64,000 bases of DNA from Chloroflexota bacterium (GTDB lineage Bacteria > Chloroflexota > UBA11872 > VXOZ01): contig OZ219801.1 in the NCBI GenBank assembly GCA_964291655.2, positions 384,001 to 448,000 of the forward strand. The letters run 5' to 3'. Positions within the stretch are counted from its first letter, which is position 1. Every line of letters starts with the position of its first letter. Under the pieces are notes generated by a model. It made no database searches, was not told the origin of the DNA, and was given only the letters and a program-made list of their open reading frames with translations. Positions 19,669 to 27,575 of this stretch are shown one piece after another. The translations under genes were made by a program, and so were the position numbers.

Positions 19669-19798
19669 TCTTCACGCGACACCGGATCGTGCTACTACGC
19701 GGAGTGGCGAGCGACCACATTCGCAAGGAGCATCTTTGCCAATTGCTTACTTTGCCACTTTGCGGAGCAAAACGAGAGACAATCCCGAACAAACGCTT

Positions 19799-19841
19799 GA
19801 GATTCCGCGAACCCCGTTCGACGCTTGCGCTCGGAATGACA
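19799..19841 (-). repeat. REP-like palindrome (TGTCATTCCGAGCG family, reverse orientation)
   Basis: Reverse complement reads TGTCATTCCGAGCGCAAGCGTCGAACGGGGTTCGCGGAATCTC; inverted relative to the 19641 copy. Confidence 0.65.
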
Positions 19842-19945
19842 CTGAGTGTCCCCAGAGCCTAGTCGGTATCTCCCGTTCTTGTGGCAATTGATCACAGCCT
19901 CGTTTAGGCCATGCGTCCAAGACGAATGTGGCGCATAACAAACAA

Positions 19946-19980
19946 GCCGTACTCTGGCAAAGGCCAGAGTACGGCCTTTT
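19946..19980 (+). terminator. Intrinsic terminator after the methylamine cluster
   Basis: GCCGTACTCTGGC-AAAG-GCCAGAGTACGGC 13-bp stem followed by CTTTT. Confidence 0.7.
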
Positions 19981-20080
19981 GCGTATGCATGGCATGGCGT
20001 CAATATCAATGGGGTATACTCTCTATCAAATGGACAGTCGTTACCACGCGTATGACGGTCAGTAAAAACTGGAGGAAACA

Positions 20081-21241
20081 ATGGCGCGATTCCACGATTC
20101 AGATTCCGGCATTACATTGGACAACGAGTTTGAGTGTGCTAGTGCGCGGGAGTTTAGCAGGATCGGTCCCGGGCACTACCAAGTTGAGTTGCTCATCGAG
20201 AACTATAGCCCAGACTACCCGGTGGTGTGGGAGTACATGTTCTGCTTCCGGGTGCGGTCGCAGTCAGACCAAGCGCAAACGGTTACCTTTCGCGTCATGA
20301 AGGGGCGGGGCGGCATCAGCTACCTGGATGGGCCGCACTTTGCCAAACGCAACGGCAAGTGGGGCCTCGTGCCCCGTTCCCAAACGCACATGACACAGGA
20401 TTACGTCGAGGTCACCCTCGAAGTTGCTGCAGGCGACGAATTCTTACTCGGCAATCATCCGTTTCCCACACCGGCGGAGGTGGAATCCGCGATGCATGCC
20501 ACTGCCGCTGCGCTGGACGATTTCTCCGTGCGCGAATTCGGACGGACGCCGGAAGACCGCCCGCTCTTGGCGCTGGAATCCCAGCCCCGCGACAAGACCG
20601 TCATAGTCTTCGACACGATGCAACCGGCCGAACCCGGCGACGTGCCGATGCTCTTCCTCGCCCACTGGCTGAGCAGTCGCTCCGCCGAGGCGGAAAGGCT
20701 CTTGGAGGAATACCAGTTTTGCCTCATGCCCTTGACGAACCCGGACGGCACGGCCCACGGACACTCGGTGACGAATGCGGCCGGGGAAGTGCCGCGCTGC
20801 CACTTTGAGGACGCCAAATTGGGCAAACCGGTCCCCGCTGAGGCCGCCACGACTTGGGAATACTTAGCGGAAAAGAAACCCACGGCGTTTATCGAATTCC
20901 ACATCCATTACCTCGTACACGCCCCGCACAAGCTGGTAGGCGTCACCGTCAATGAACCCTCGGATGAACGCGGCGTCGTAGCCTTGCCTGCGGCCACTGT
21001 GCTCTGGGGCGAGCTCCTAAAGCTCAACAGCAACTGGCGGGCGCGCCTCATCGAGGCCGAGAGCGAAACCTTTCGCAATGCCCTTGACGGCACGTTGGCG
21101 CGAGACTTCGGCACTTTGGCTTATGTCTATCAGATCTACGCCCCAACTGTTGAAGCCGCCTGCGCCCATGCCGTGGACGTGGTACGGGCGACGGTCAACG
21201 GAGTGCAGGCCGCCGCCGCACTCGATCTACAAAACGCTTGA
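20081..21241 (+). CDS. M14 zinc carboxypeptidase-family protein with non-canonical active-site residues
   Basis: N-terminal DNEFECAS domain, FGRTPEDRPL, MPLTNPDG, IEFH; HxxE site reads QPAE; RBS GGAGG. Confidence 0.7.
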   Translation: MARFHDSDSGITLDNEFECASAREFSRIGPGHYQVELLIENYSPDYPVVWEYMFCFRVRSQSDQAQTVTFRVMKGRGGISYLDGPHFAKRNGKWGLVPRSQTHMTQDYVEVTLEVAAGDEFLLGNHPFPTPAEVESAMHATAAALDDFSVREFGRTPEDRPLLALESQPRDKTVIVFDTMQPAEPGDVPMLFLAHWLSSRSAEAERLLEEYQFCLMPLTNPDGTAHGHSVTNAAGEVPRCHFEDAKLGKPVPAEAATTWEYLAEKKPTAFIEFHIHYLVHAPHKLVGVTVNEPSDERGVVALPAATVLWGELLKLNSNWRARLIEAESETFRNALDGTLARDFGTLAYVYQIYAPTVEAACAHAVDVVRATVNGVQAAAALDLQNA

Positions 21242-21495
21242 ACCGGCCTCCCAAGAAAACTCACAGTATTGGGTTGCTTTTCAGCTAATATGTCTAGACA
21301 GGTACGGCTACCTGGTGTAACCTACAGACACGCGGTGATTGACACTAAAGTGAGTAGGGAACACGGCGGCGGCACCGCATCTCTTGATCAAAGTACTTCC
21401 GCACAATCTGAATGGAGGCGCTAAAGACGGCAGCATCGCACCGTATTCCCTGTGCCCGGTTGCAACAGTGGAACGATAGAGAAAGGACGAGAGGA

Positions 21496-22926
21496 ATGGC
21501 AATTCACAATCGTCATCTCACACGGAGAAGCGTCCTCGCCGGCATCGGCAGCTCAATAGGCGTCTTGGCAGTCGCCGCGTGCGCGCAAGGAACAGCAACG
21601 CAGATGCCTGCCGAAGAGTCTGAGGAGGAGGCCAAGCAGGCTGAAGAAGCACCAGTGATGGAAACAGTATCGGTGCGCGCCGGTTGGATTTCCAACGATG
21701 CCTCAGTAATCGAGCCCTTCTACGGCGATCTGCTTGTCGCCAGCTTCGAAGCGGCGCATCCCAACATCAAGGTGGCGTGGGAAGGCGCGCCCGCCAGAGA
21801 GCACCATGCCAAGCTCGCGACCCAGTTGGCGGCCAACGAAGCGCCGGATGTCTTCCACAGTGACGGCGTTCGCTACGCGCTCTTCCGCGACTCCGGGTAC
21901 ATCAACGACCTCGCACCCTATTTGCAGCGCGACGCCGGGGCACTGCAAGGCGTGATCGGCCCGGAATTTTTCCGCGATCCCGACGGCAGCACATGGGGTA
22001 TCTCCAGCAGTATCGGCGGCGTCGCCACGGCCTACAACACCGCCCACTTCGATAAGTTCGGCGTCAACCGCCTGCCTGAAGGAGGAATCAATTGGAATCC
22101 GACCGATGGCGGTGAGTTCTTAGAAATAGCGCAAGAGCTCACCCAGCGCGGCAGCACCGAGGCGGACCCGGTCTGGGGCTTCTTCAACAACAAGCAAATC
22201 ACCGGCGACGTGCTGAGCCTGCTCGTGCAGAACGGCACGAATTTCCTCAGCGATGACTACCGCCGCTCGCGCATCCATGAACCGGAATTCATGGAAGTTG
22301 TGGAATTCCTGCACAACCTGGAATTCAAGTGGCAGGTATCCCCAAATCCCGAGCACGTCGCGCTGCTGCTGGAGGCCATACCAGAAGGGCAGACCTATCA
22401 CGCGCCGTTCGCGTTCCAACGGACGGCAATGATGAACCTGCTCATGGGTCAGTCCGGCCGTTGGGGCGGTCCCGATCCGGAGAGCTTGCCGGTGGTGGCC
22501 GTGAAGTTCCTGAGCGGTCCCCAGAACGACAAGGTGCCAAGCGGAGGCCGGGTCATGGAGCATTGGGGCAGTTCACAACAGCCCGATGAAGCATGGGACC
22601 TCATGCGCTTCTTCCTGACAGACCACGAGGTGAACATTGCGACCTTCACCATTCTCAAGTCCGGTCTGCCGCCCAACACGAACTTCTGGGACGACGAACG
22701 GCTCTATGTGAAATCGGGCAGACCGCCGCGTGAAATCGAGGCCTACATGGCCACACTGCGCGAAGGCAAGGGCTACTACTGGCAGGTGAACGGCGTCTGG
22801 AGCGCCTGGATCGGCGCTTACCGCACCGGTCAGGGTGCGATCTGGGCCGGCGAAGCCACAGTGGAGGAAGCGATGCAACAAGCCAGCAAGGAGGCGCAAG
22901 CGGCGCTGGACGAGTATTACGGCTAG
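21496..22926 (+). CDS. ABC transporter extracellular solute-binding lipoprotein (paralog of 24826-26268)
   Basis: LTRRSVL Tat-like signal, VAAC lipobox, APDVFH, AYNT; ATG 21496 after GAGAGGA. Confidence 0.88.
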   Translation: MAIHNRHLTRRSVLAGIGSSIGVLAVAACAQGTATQMPAEESEEEAKQAEEAPVMETVSVRAGWISNDASVIEPFYGDLLVASFEAAHPNIKVAWEGAPAREHHAKLATQLAANEAPDVFHSDGVRYALFRDSGYINDLAPYLQRDAGALQGVIGPEFFRDPDGSTWGISSSIGGVATAYNTAHFDKFGVNRLPEGGINWNPTDGGEFLEIAQELTQRGSTEADPVWGFFNNKQITGDVLSLLVQNGTNFLSDDYRRSRIHEPEFMEVVEFLHNLEFKWQVSPNPEHVALLLEAIPEGQTYHAPFAFQRTAMMNLLMGQSGRWGGPDPESLPVVAVKFLSGPQNDKVPSGGRVMEHWGSSQQPDEAWDLMRFFLTDHEVNIATFTILKSGLPPNTNFWDDERLYVKSGRPPREIEAYMATLREGKGYYWQVNGVWSAWIGAYRTGQGAIWAGEATVEEAMQQASKEAQAALDEYYG

Positions 22927-22971
22927 CGAGGCCACGGCCTCTGTTTGGTTGTCTATTGATACGCAAGATGT

Positions 22972-23010
22972 CATACGCGCCGCTTCTCGCAATGAGAAGC
23001 GGCGCGTATG
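22972..23010. terminator. Perfect 17-bp stem hairpin between convergent genes
   Basis: CATACGCGCCGCTTCTC-GCAAT-GAGAAGCGGCGCGTATG followed by TTTCT. Confidence 0.7.
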
Positions 23011-23084
23011 TTTCTAAATTCCATCTTGCCGGCACAGATGCTCCATCAAATGAAGCCTTTAGCCATCATTCTCTCTCTATTAAT

Positions 23085-24488
23085 CTAAATCGGCACTTTC
23101 TGTGCCATTGCCGCCAATCGTACATCCGCCTGCAAGCAGAGCCTACGCTCTTGCCGCTGCCGCTCGGAGAGTTGGCCCCGAGGATCGCAGACGACCACTA
23201 GGCTGTCCTTACCTTCCGGTATTCGGAAGGGCACCTCACACACCGCTTCCTCGCGTCCGATTACTGTCGGCACTAGTGCATGTCCCAGTTGCATGCCGCC
23301 GCCCTCGTCAATCGGCCCATCAAAGACCATCAGTGCCACGTCGTGTGCGTCAATCACCCCTCTGTTCACCACAGTTACCTGTACACGACCGATCTCTCGA
23401 TTTAACTCAGCTACCTCCACCGCTGCAAGTTCCAGGTCGCATTCCACGCGGTCGACTGACACAGCCGCATAGGCATCGATAAGGCCGTGGCCCATAAACG
23501 GATTCCAGCCGCTGCCACCGGCCGGCTGCTTCGCGGTGTTGCGTATTACCATCCTGACCTGCTCGGCCGTAAGGCCGGGATGTCGCGACCATACGAGCCC
23601 CGCGAGGCCGGAGACATGTCCTATTGCCATGCAGCCGCCCGACCACTCCACGTAGCCGCCGTGCTCACCGGTAATCGTACTAAGAACGCCGTATTCCGCT
23701 TGGGGATGAGCACCCAGCGCGGCTGCCATAACGCATTCTTCCGCCAGCGGCAAAATGCGCCGCGAGGGATCATTCGCAAGGTCGTAGTCACGCCAGCCGG
23801 ACGGCGCCGCGACCTCCGTGAGGTCGCCGTAGTCGCTAAAGTCTGCCATGCGGCCGCTCTTGTCCGCGGAAGCCACATTGACTACACCCGGGCAGAGCGC
23901 GGGATACTTGGCGACATTGTGGGCCTGATTGCCGCCGGTAGCATTGATTATGAGCACATTGTGCTGCTGGGCATACCGGCAGGCCTCCAGCAGTTCCTCC
24001 GAATGCGGCGGAGTCCAGGCGCTGTAGATCGTGGGCAGGCCGTGCTTGGTAGTGTACATGTAGCCCACGTCGCTCAAATTGATGACCCGCGCGCCGTTGT
24101 CCACGGCAAATCGGATCCCGCGCGCGAGCTCGCCATCGTGGTAGGTATTGACCCGCACGGGGAGAATACGGCACTCCGGCGCGACCCCGGCAATGCCGAT
24201 GCCGTTGTCTGCGCGCGCGGCAATTATGCCGCAAATGTGGGTGCCGTGATCAGTAGAGTCCTTGTGTTTGCGCGGTCGCGAGGTGTCGTCCAGGCTATCG
24301 TCATCCTCCCACAAGTCCCATCCCGGCAGAATCTGGCCCTCCAGGTCGGGATGCCCGACATCGATTCCTTTCTCGATGACAGCCACCACCACGTCCGGGC
24401 TGCCGCGCGTTGTTTCCCAGGCGTCAGGGGCCCTCATGAGCTGCAATCCCCATTGCTGTGCAAACAGTGGGTCATTAACTGGAACCAT
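23085..24488 (-). CDS. S8 subtilisin-family protein with Glu-His-Cys triad and C-terminal CARDB-like Ig domain; no signal or propeptide
   Basis: NDPLFAQQWGL, VAVIEKGID, HGTHICGIIAA.ADNGIGIAGVAP, INLS, GGN, YPA, FSDYG, SGGCMAIGHVSGLAGL, GHGLIDAYAAV. Confidence 0.88.
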   Translation of the reverse strand: MVPVNDPLFAQQWGLQLMRAPDAWETTRGSPDVVVAVIEKGIDVGHPDLEGQILPGWDLWEDDDSLDDTSRPRKHKDSTDHGTHICGIIAARADNGIGIAGVAPECRILPVRVNTYHDGELARGIRFAVDNGARVINLSDVGYMYTTKHGLPTIYSAWTPPHSEELLEACRYAQQHNVLIINATGGNQAHNVAKYPALCPGVVNVASADKSGRMADFSDYGDLTEVAAPSGWRDYDLANDPSRRILPLAEECVMAAALGAHPQAEYGVLSTITGEHGGYVEWSGGCMAIGHVSGLAGLVWSRHPGLTAEQVRMVIRNTAKQPAGGSGWNPFMGHGLIDAYAAVSVDRVECDLELAAVEVAELNREIGRVQVTVVNRGVIDAHDVALMVFDGPIDEGGGMQLGHALVPTVIGREEAVCEVPFRIPEGKDSLVVVCDPRGQLSERQRQERRLCLQADVRLAAMAQKVPI

Positions 24489-24825
24489 AGTCTTTATCCT
24501 TAATTGGCGCTTGGCACATGGCTTACCCTCAGTGTATACAGATTGATGTTGGAGAGGCTCAACCTGTTTTCACTATAACTTGCTTCAATAGCCTTGTCAA
24601 TCCCGTTATGGTGTGAATCCTTCTCTCTACTTGACGACAAGGTATTGAATAGTACATTATCGCTATGAGAATCAGCGTTCTGCAGAGCGCCAACTCTGTT
24701 TGTTTCGAAAGGGGGGTTACCACAGAACACTTTGGCAGAACTGTGTCCGTACTGGTTCGTCATGTGCCCAACATTCACTCTGGCGATCCGAATTGTAAAA
24801 CCCATTTGTAGAGAGAGGGAAAGAA

Positions 24826-26268
24826 ATGTCATTTGCACAAAGTCGCATTACGCGTCGGCGCATGCTTGCCGGTACTGGCGGCGTTCTTGGCGCGATCGCG
24901 CTGGCAGCGTGCGGCACCGCCATGCCGGCCGATTCCGGCGAAATGCCGGAGAAGGCTGCGGAGGAGACCAAGGCCGAAGAACCGGCACCAGCAGAGAAGG
25001 TCACGGTTTCGGTTAGGTGGATCTCCAACGACCTTACTCGCGTTGAGCCATTCTACGAGAATCTCGTTGTGGCGCGATTCTACGAGAACTACGACAACAT
25101 CGAGCTTGATTGGGTAGGCGACACCTACCGCGACACCATGAGCCAGCTCAATACGCAGTTGGCCGCCGGTGACGCTCCGGACGTATTCCACAACGACGGC
25201 GTCTTCTTCGCTCGCAACCGTGATGCAGGGTTTGCTCGGGCGATCACCGAGTATGTCCAGCGCGATTCTGCTCAGCTCCAGGGGGTCCGCGGTCCCGAAT
25301 TCTTTACTGACGAGAAGCAGGATGTCTACGGCGTCTCCATGGGTGTCGGTGGCGCAGCGCTTGCCTACAATACCGACCATTTCGATCGCTACGGCATCAA
25401 TCGCTTGCCCGCCGAAGGCATAGACTGGAACCCGGATGACGGCGGCACGCTGCTGGAGATCGCTTCAGAAATTACGGGCCGTGGCGAAAACGAAGATCCC
25501 AGGGTGTGGGGTTGGTTCAACAATAAGCAGGCCACTTTCGACATTCTGGGGATGCTGCTGCAGAACGGCACGAATTTCCTCTCCGATGACTACCGCCGTT
25601 CCCGCGCGCACGAACCGGAATTCATTTCGGTTATTCAATTCCTGTGGGACTTGGAATTCAAGAATCGTGTTGCACCGGATCCCGACGACGTCGCGGAATT
25701 CAATGCTTCCGTACCTGAAGGAACAACGTACCACGGACCCTTTGCCTGGCAGCGGTCGGCCATGATGAATCTCGGCCTTGGCCAGTCCGGTTCCTGGGGT
25801 TCGCCGGATCCAGATAGTCTTCCCATTGTCGCCGTGGAGTACATCCATGGCCCGGCAAACAACAAGGTACCTGGCGGTGGACGTGTGGTGGAAATGTGGG
25901 GCAGCACTGAAGTGCCCGACGAGGCCTGGGAAGTGATGAAGTTCCCCTTGATCGACCACGAAGTTCAGGTGGGAGTCTTCACGATTCTCCGTGACGGCCT
26001 GCCGGCCAATACCAACACCTGGGATGACGCTCGCCTGCTCGAGAAGAGCGGTCGACCGCCGCGTGAGGTGGAAGCGTACATGGCGCCCCTCAGAGAGGGC
26101 CGCGGCCAATACTGGCAAGTCAATGGCGTGTGGCTGGAGTGGTGGCGCGCATTCCGTGGCAATATGAACCGCGCGTGGGCCCAAGAGGTCACCGTCGAGG
26201 AAGCCATGCAGACGGCAAGCAAGGAATCACAGGTTGTGCTGGACGAGTACTACGCAAACCAAGAGTAG
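24826..26268 (+). CDS. ABC transporter extracellular solute-binding lipoprotein (paralog of 21496-22926)
   Basis: ITRRRML signal, LAAC lipobox; shares long blocks (QNGTNFLSDDYRRSR, KSGRPPRE.EAYMA, YWQVNGVW) with the upstream paralog. Confidence 0.88.
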   Translation: MSFAQSRITRRRMLAGTGGVLGAIALAACGTAMPADSGEMPEKAAEETKAEEPAPAEKVTVSVRWISNDLTRVEPFYENLVVARFYENYDNIELDWVGDTYRDTMSQLNTQLAAGDAPDVFHNDGVFFARNRDAGFARAITEYVQRDSAQLQGVRGPEFFTDEKQDVYGVSMGVGGAALAYNTDHFDRYGINRLPAEGIDWNPDDGGTLLEIASEITGRGENEDPRVWGWFNNKQATFDILGMLLQNGTNFLSDDYRRSRAHEPEFISVIQFLWDLEFKNRVAPDPDDVAEFNASVPEGTTYHGPFAWQRSAMMNLGLGQSGSWGSPDPDSLPIVAVEYIHGPANNKVPGGGRVVEMWGSTEVPDEAWEVMKFPLIDHEVQVGVFTILRDGLPANTNTWDDARLLEKSGRPPREVEAYMAPLREGRGQYWQVNGVWLEWWRAFRGNMNRAWAQEVTVEEAMQTASKESQVVLDEYYANQE

Positions 26269-26291
26269 TTTCCATCTGTATTTGGCATAGG

Positions 26292-26327
26292 AACGAGGAG
26301 GGTCTTGTGACCCTCCTCGTTTTTTCT
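26292..26327 (+). terminator. Intrinsic terminator
   Basis: AACGAGGAGGGTC-TTGT-GACCCTCCTCGTT followed by a T-run. Confidence 0.8.
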
Positions 26328-26701
26328 TGCAAGGCACACAACGCACGTGCAGTTACCGGCTTTTCTCACTATGCAGCGCATAGCGCCGGCATGGACAAAT
26401 TGAGGCCATTTCACCCTCAAACGTATGCAAGCATACACACGACTGTGAAAAACTGAGGTATTCTGATCTTAACAAGGGACCTTCATTCGATAAGAGCACG
26501 CAGACAAATCAGTGATGCCCAGCCATGCTCGATGCCCACAAGATGATTGCGCATCCTAAGCGCTGCCTCACTCACTCTAGAGGTGAAACCCTACCGATTC
26601 ATTCCTTCGCCAAGGCAGAGTCTAGCTATCAGACCTTGTTCGAGAGTTGAAACATTGCTGATTCAGCAGCACGCACGTGAAGTCAGGAGTACAACTGCGC
26701 G

Positions 26702-27415
26702 ATGACACCGCTCCTCACCGCCCTCGTCGCCTTTGGCGCCGGCATTGCCTCATTCCTCTCACCGTGCGTACTGCCGCTTGTACCGGCCTACATTGGTCAT
26801 TTGGCGGGAACGAGTGTGTCTGAGGAGCAGGACGCCCAAGCAACGATGCGCACCGTCGCCCACGCGGCCTTTTTCGTACTCGGCTTTTCTACCATCTTTG
26901 TGCTGCTTTGGACACTCATCGGCCTGGTAGGCTGGGCAATTCAGGGGTACACTTTCTATCTGCGTTACATCGGAGGCGTGATTCTTGTCGTTTTCGGGCT
27001 GCACGTTGCCGGAGTCTTTCGCGTGCGCTGGCTCAACCAGGAGCGCCGAGTCTACGTGGACCGCAGCCGCCCGCGCAGCTATCTTACTTCGTGGCTTGTC
27101 GGCCTTACATTTGCCGCAGGCTGGACGCCCTGCATCGGCCCCATCCTCGCCGGCATAATTGCCCTGGCGACGACACGGGAGACGGTGGGGCAAGGCTCAT
27201 TGCTCCTGGCACTCTACTCAGCCGGACTTGGCATCCCGTTCTTGCTTACCGCGGTCGGACTCTCCCGCGCGGTGCCCGCCATTCGCTGGATGAATCGGCA
27301 CGGCCATACCGTGGAGGTGGTCAGCGGCGGCTTCCTGATCGTGGTGGGCGTAATGCTGTTTACAAACACGTTCGCCCTTCTCAATGCCTACTTTGCGTGG
27401 ATCCCAGTTTTCTAG
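26702..27415 (+). CDS. ccdA: Cytochrome c biogenesis protein CcdA (DsbD transmembrane domain)
   Basis: SFLSPCVLPLVPAYI and FAAGWTPCIGPIL motifs; several TM helices. Confidence 0.92.
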   Translation: MTPLLTALVAFGAGIASFLSPCVLPLVPAYIGHLAGTSVSEEQDAQATMRTVAHAAFFVLGFSTIFVLLWTLIGLVGWAIQGYTFYLRYIGGVILVVFGLHVAGVFRVRWLNQERRVYVDRSRPRSYLTSWLVGLTFAAGWTPCIGPILAGIIALATTRETVGQGSLLLALYSAGLGIPFLLTAVGLSRAVPAIRWMNRHGHTVEVVSGGFLIVVGVMLFTNTFALLNAYFAWIPVF

Positions 27416-27444
27416 CCATGGGGTAACAGTGTCCGCTTAGTCCG

Positions 27445-27466
27445 GTAGCGCAGGTTTGCAACCTGC
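27445..27466 (+). repeat. GTAG-type REP GTAGCGCAGGTTTGCAACCTGC
   Basis: Matches (reverse complement) the palindrome in the 109-bp units at 33360-33684; degenerate copy at 51656-51676. Confidence 0.7.
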
Positions 27467-27516
27467 ATCCTAAGGTGCGGAAACGACCCGAGCATGCGCC
27501 ATCGCCCAAGAACCAA

Positions 27517-27545
27517 AAAGCGTGGGAACGATGTTCCCACGCTTT
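27517..27545. terminator. Hairpin between convergent ccdA and the molybdoenzyme gene (possible bidirectional terminator)
   Basis: AAAGCGTGGGAAC-GAT-GTTCCCACGCTTT, A-rich on the left and T-rich on the right. Confidence 0.6.
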
Positions 27546-27575
27546 CAAATTTGTCCCGCTCAGCACTCAACCGCA

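Noticed and set aside
19624-21241. M14 protein as the missing gamma-glutamylmethylamide hydrolase of the NMG operon
   Set aside because: A strong terminator (19946-19980) and a separate -10-like TATACT (~20015) separate it from gmaS, and its catalytic residues are degenerate; adjacency alone is insufficient.
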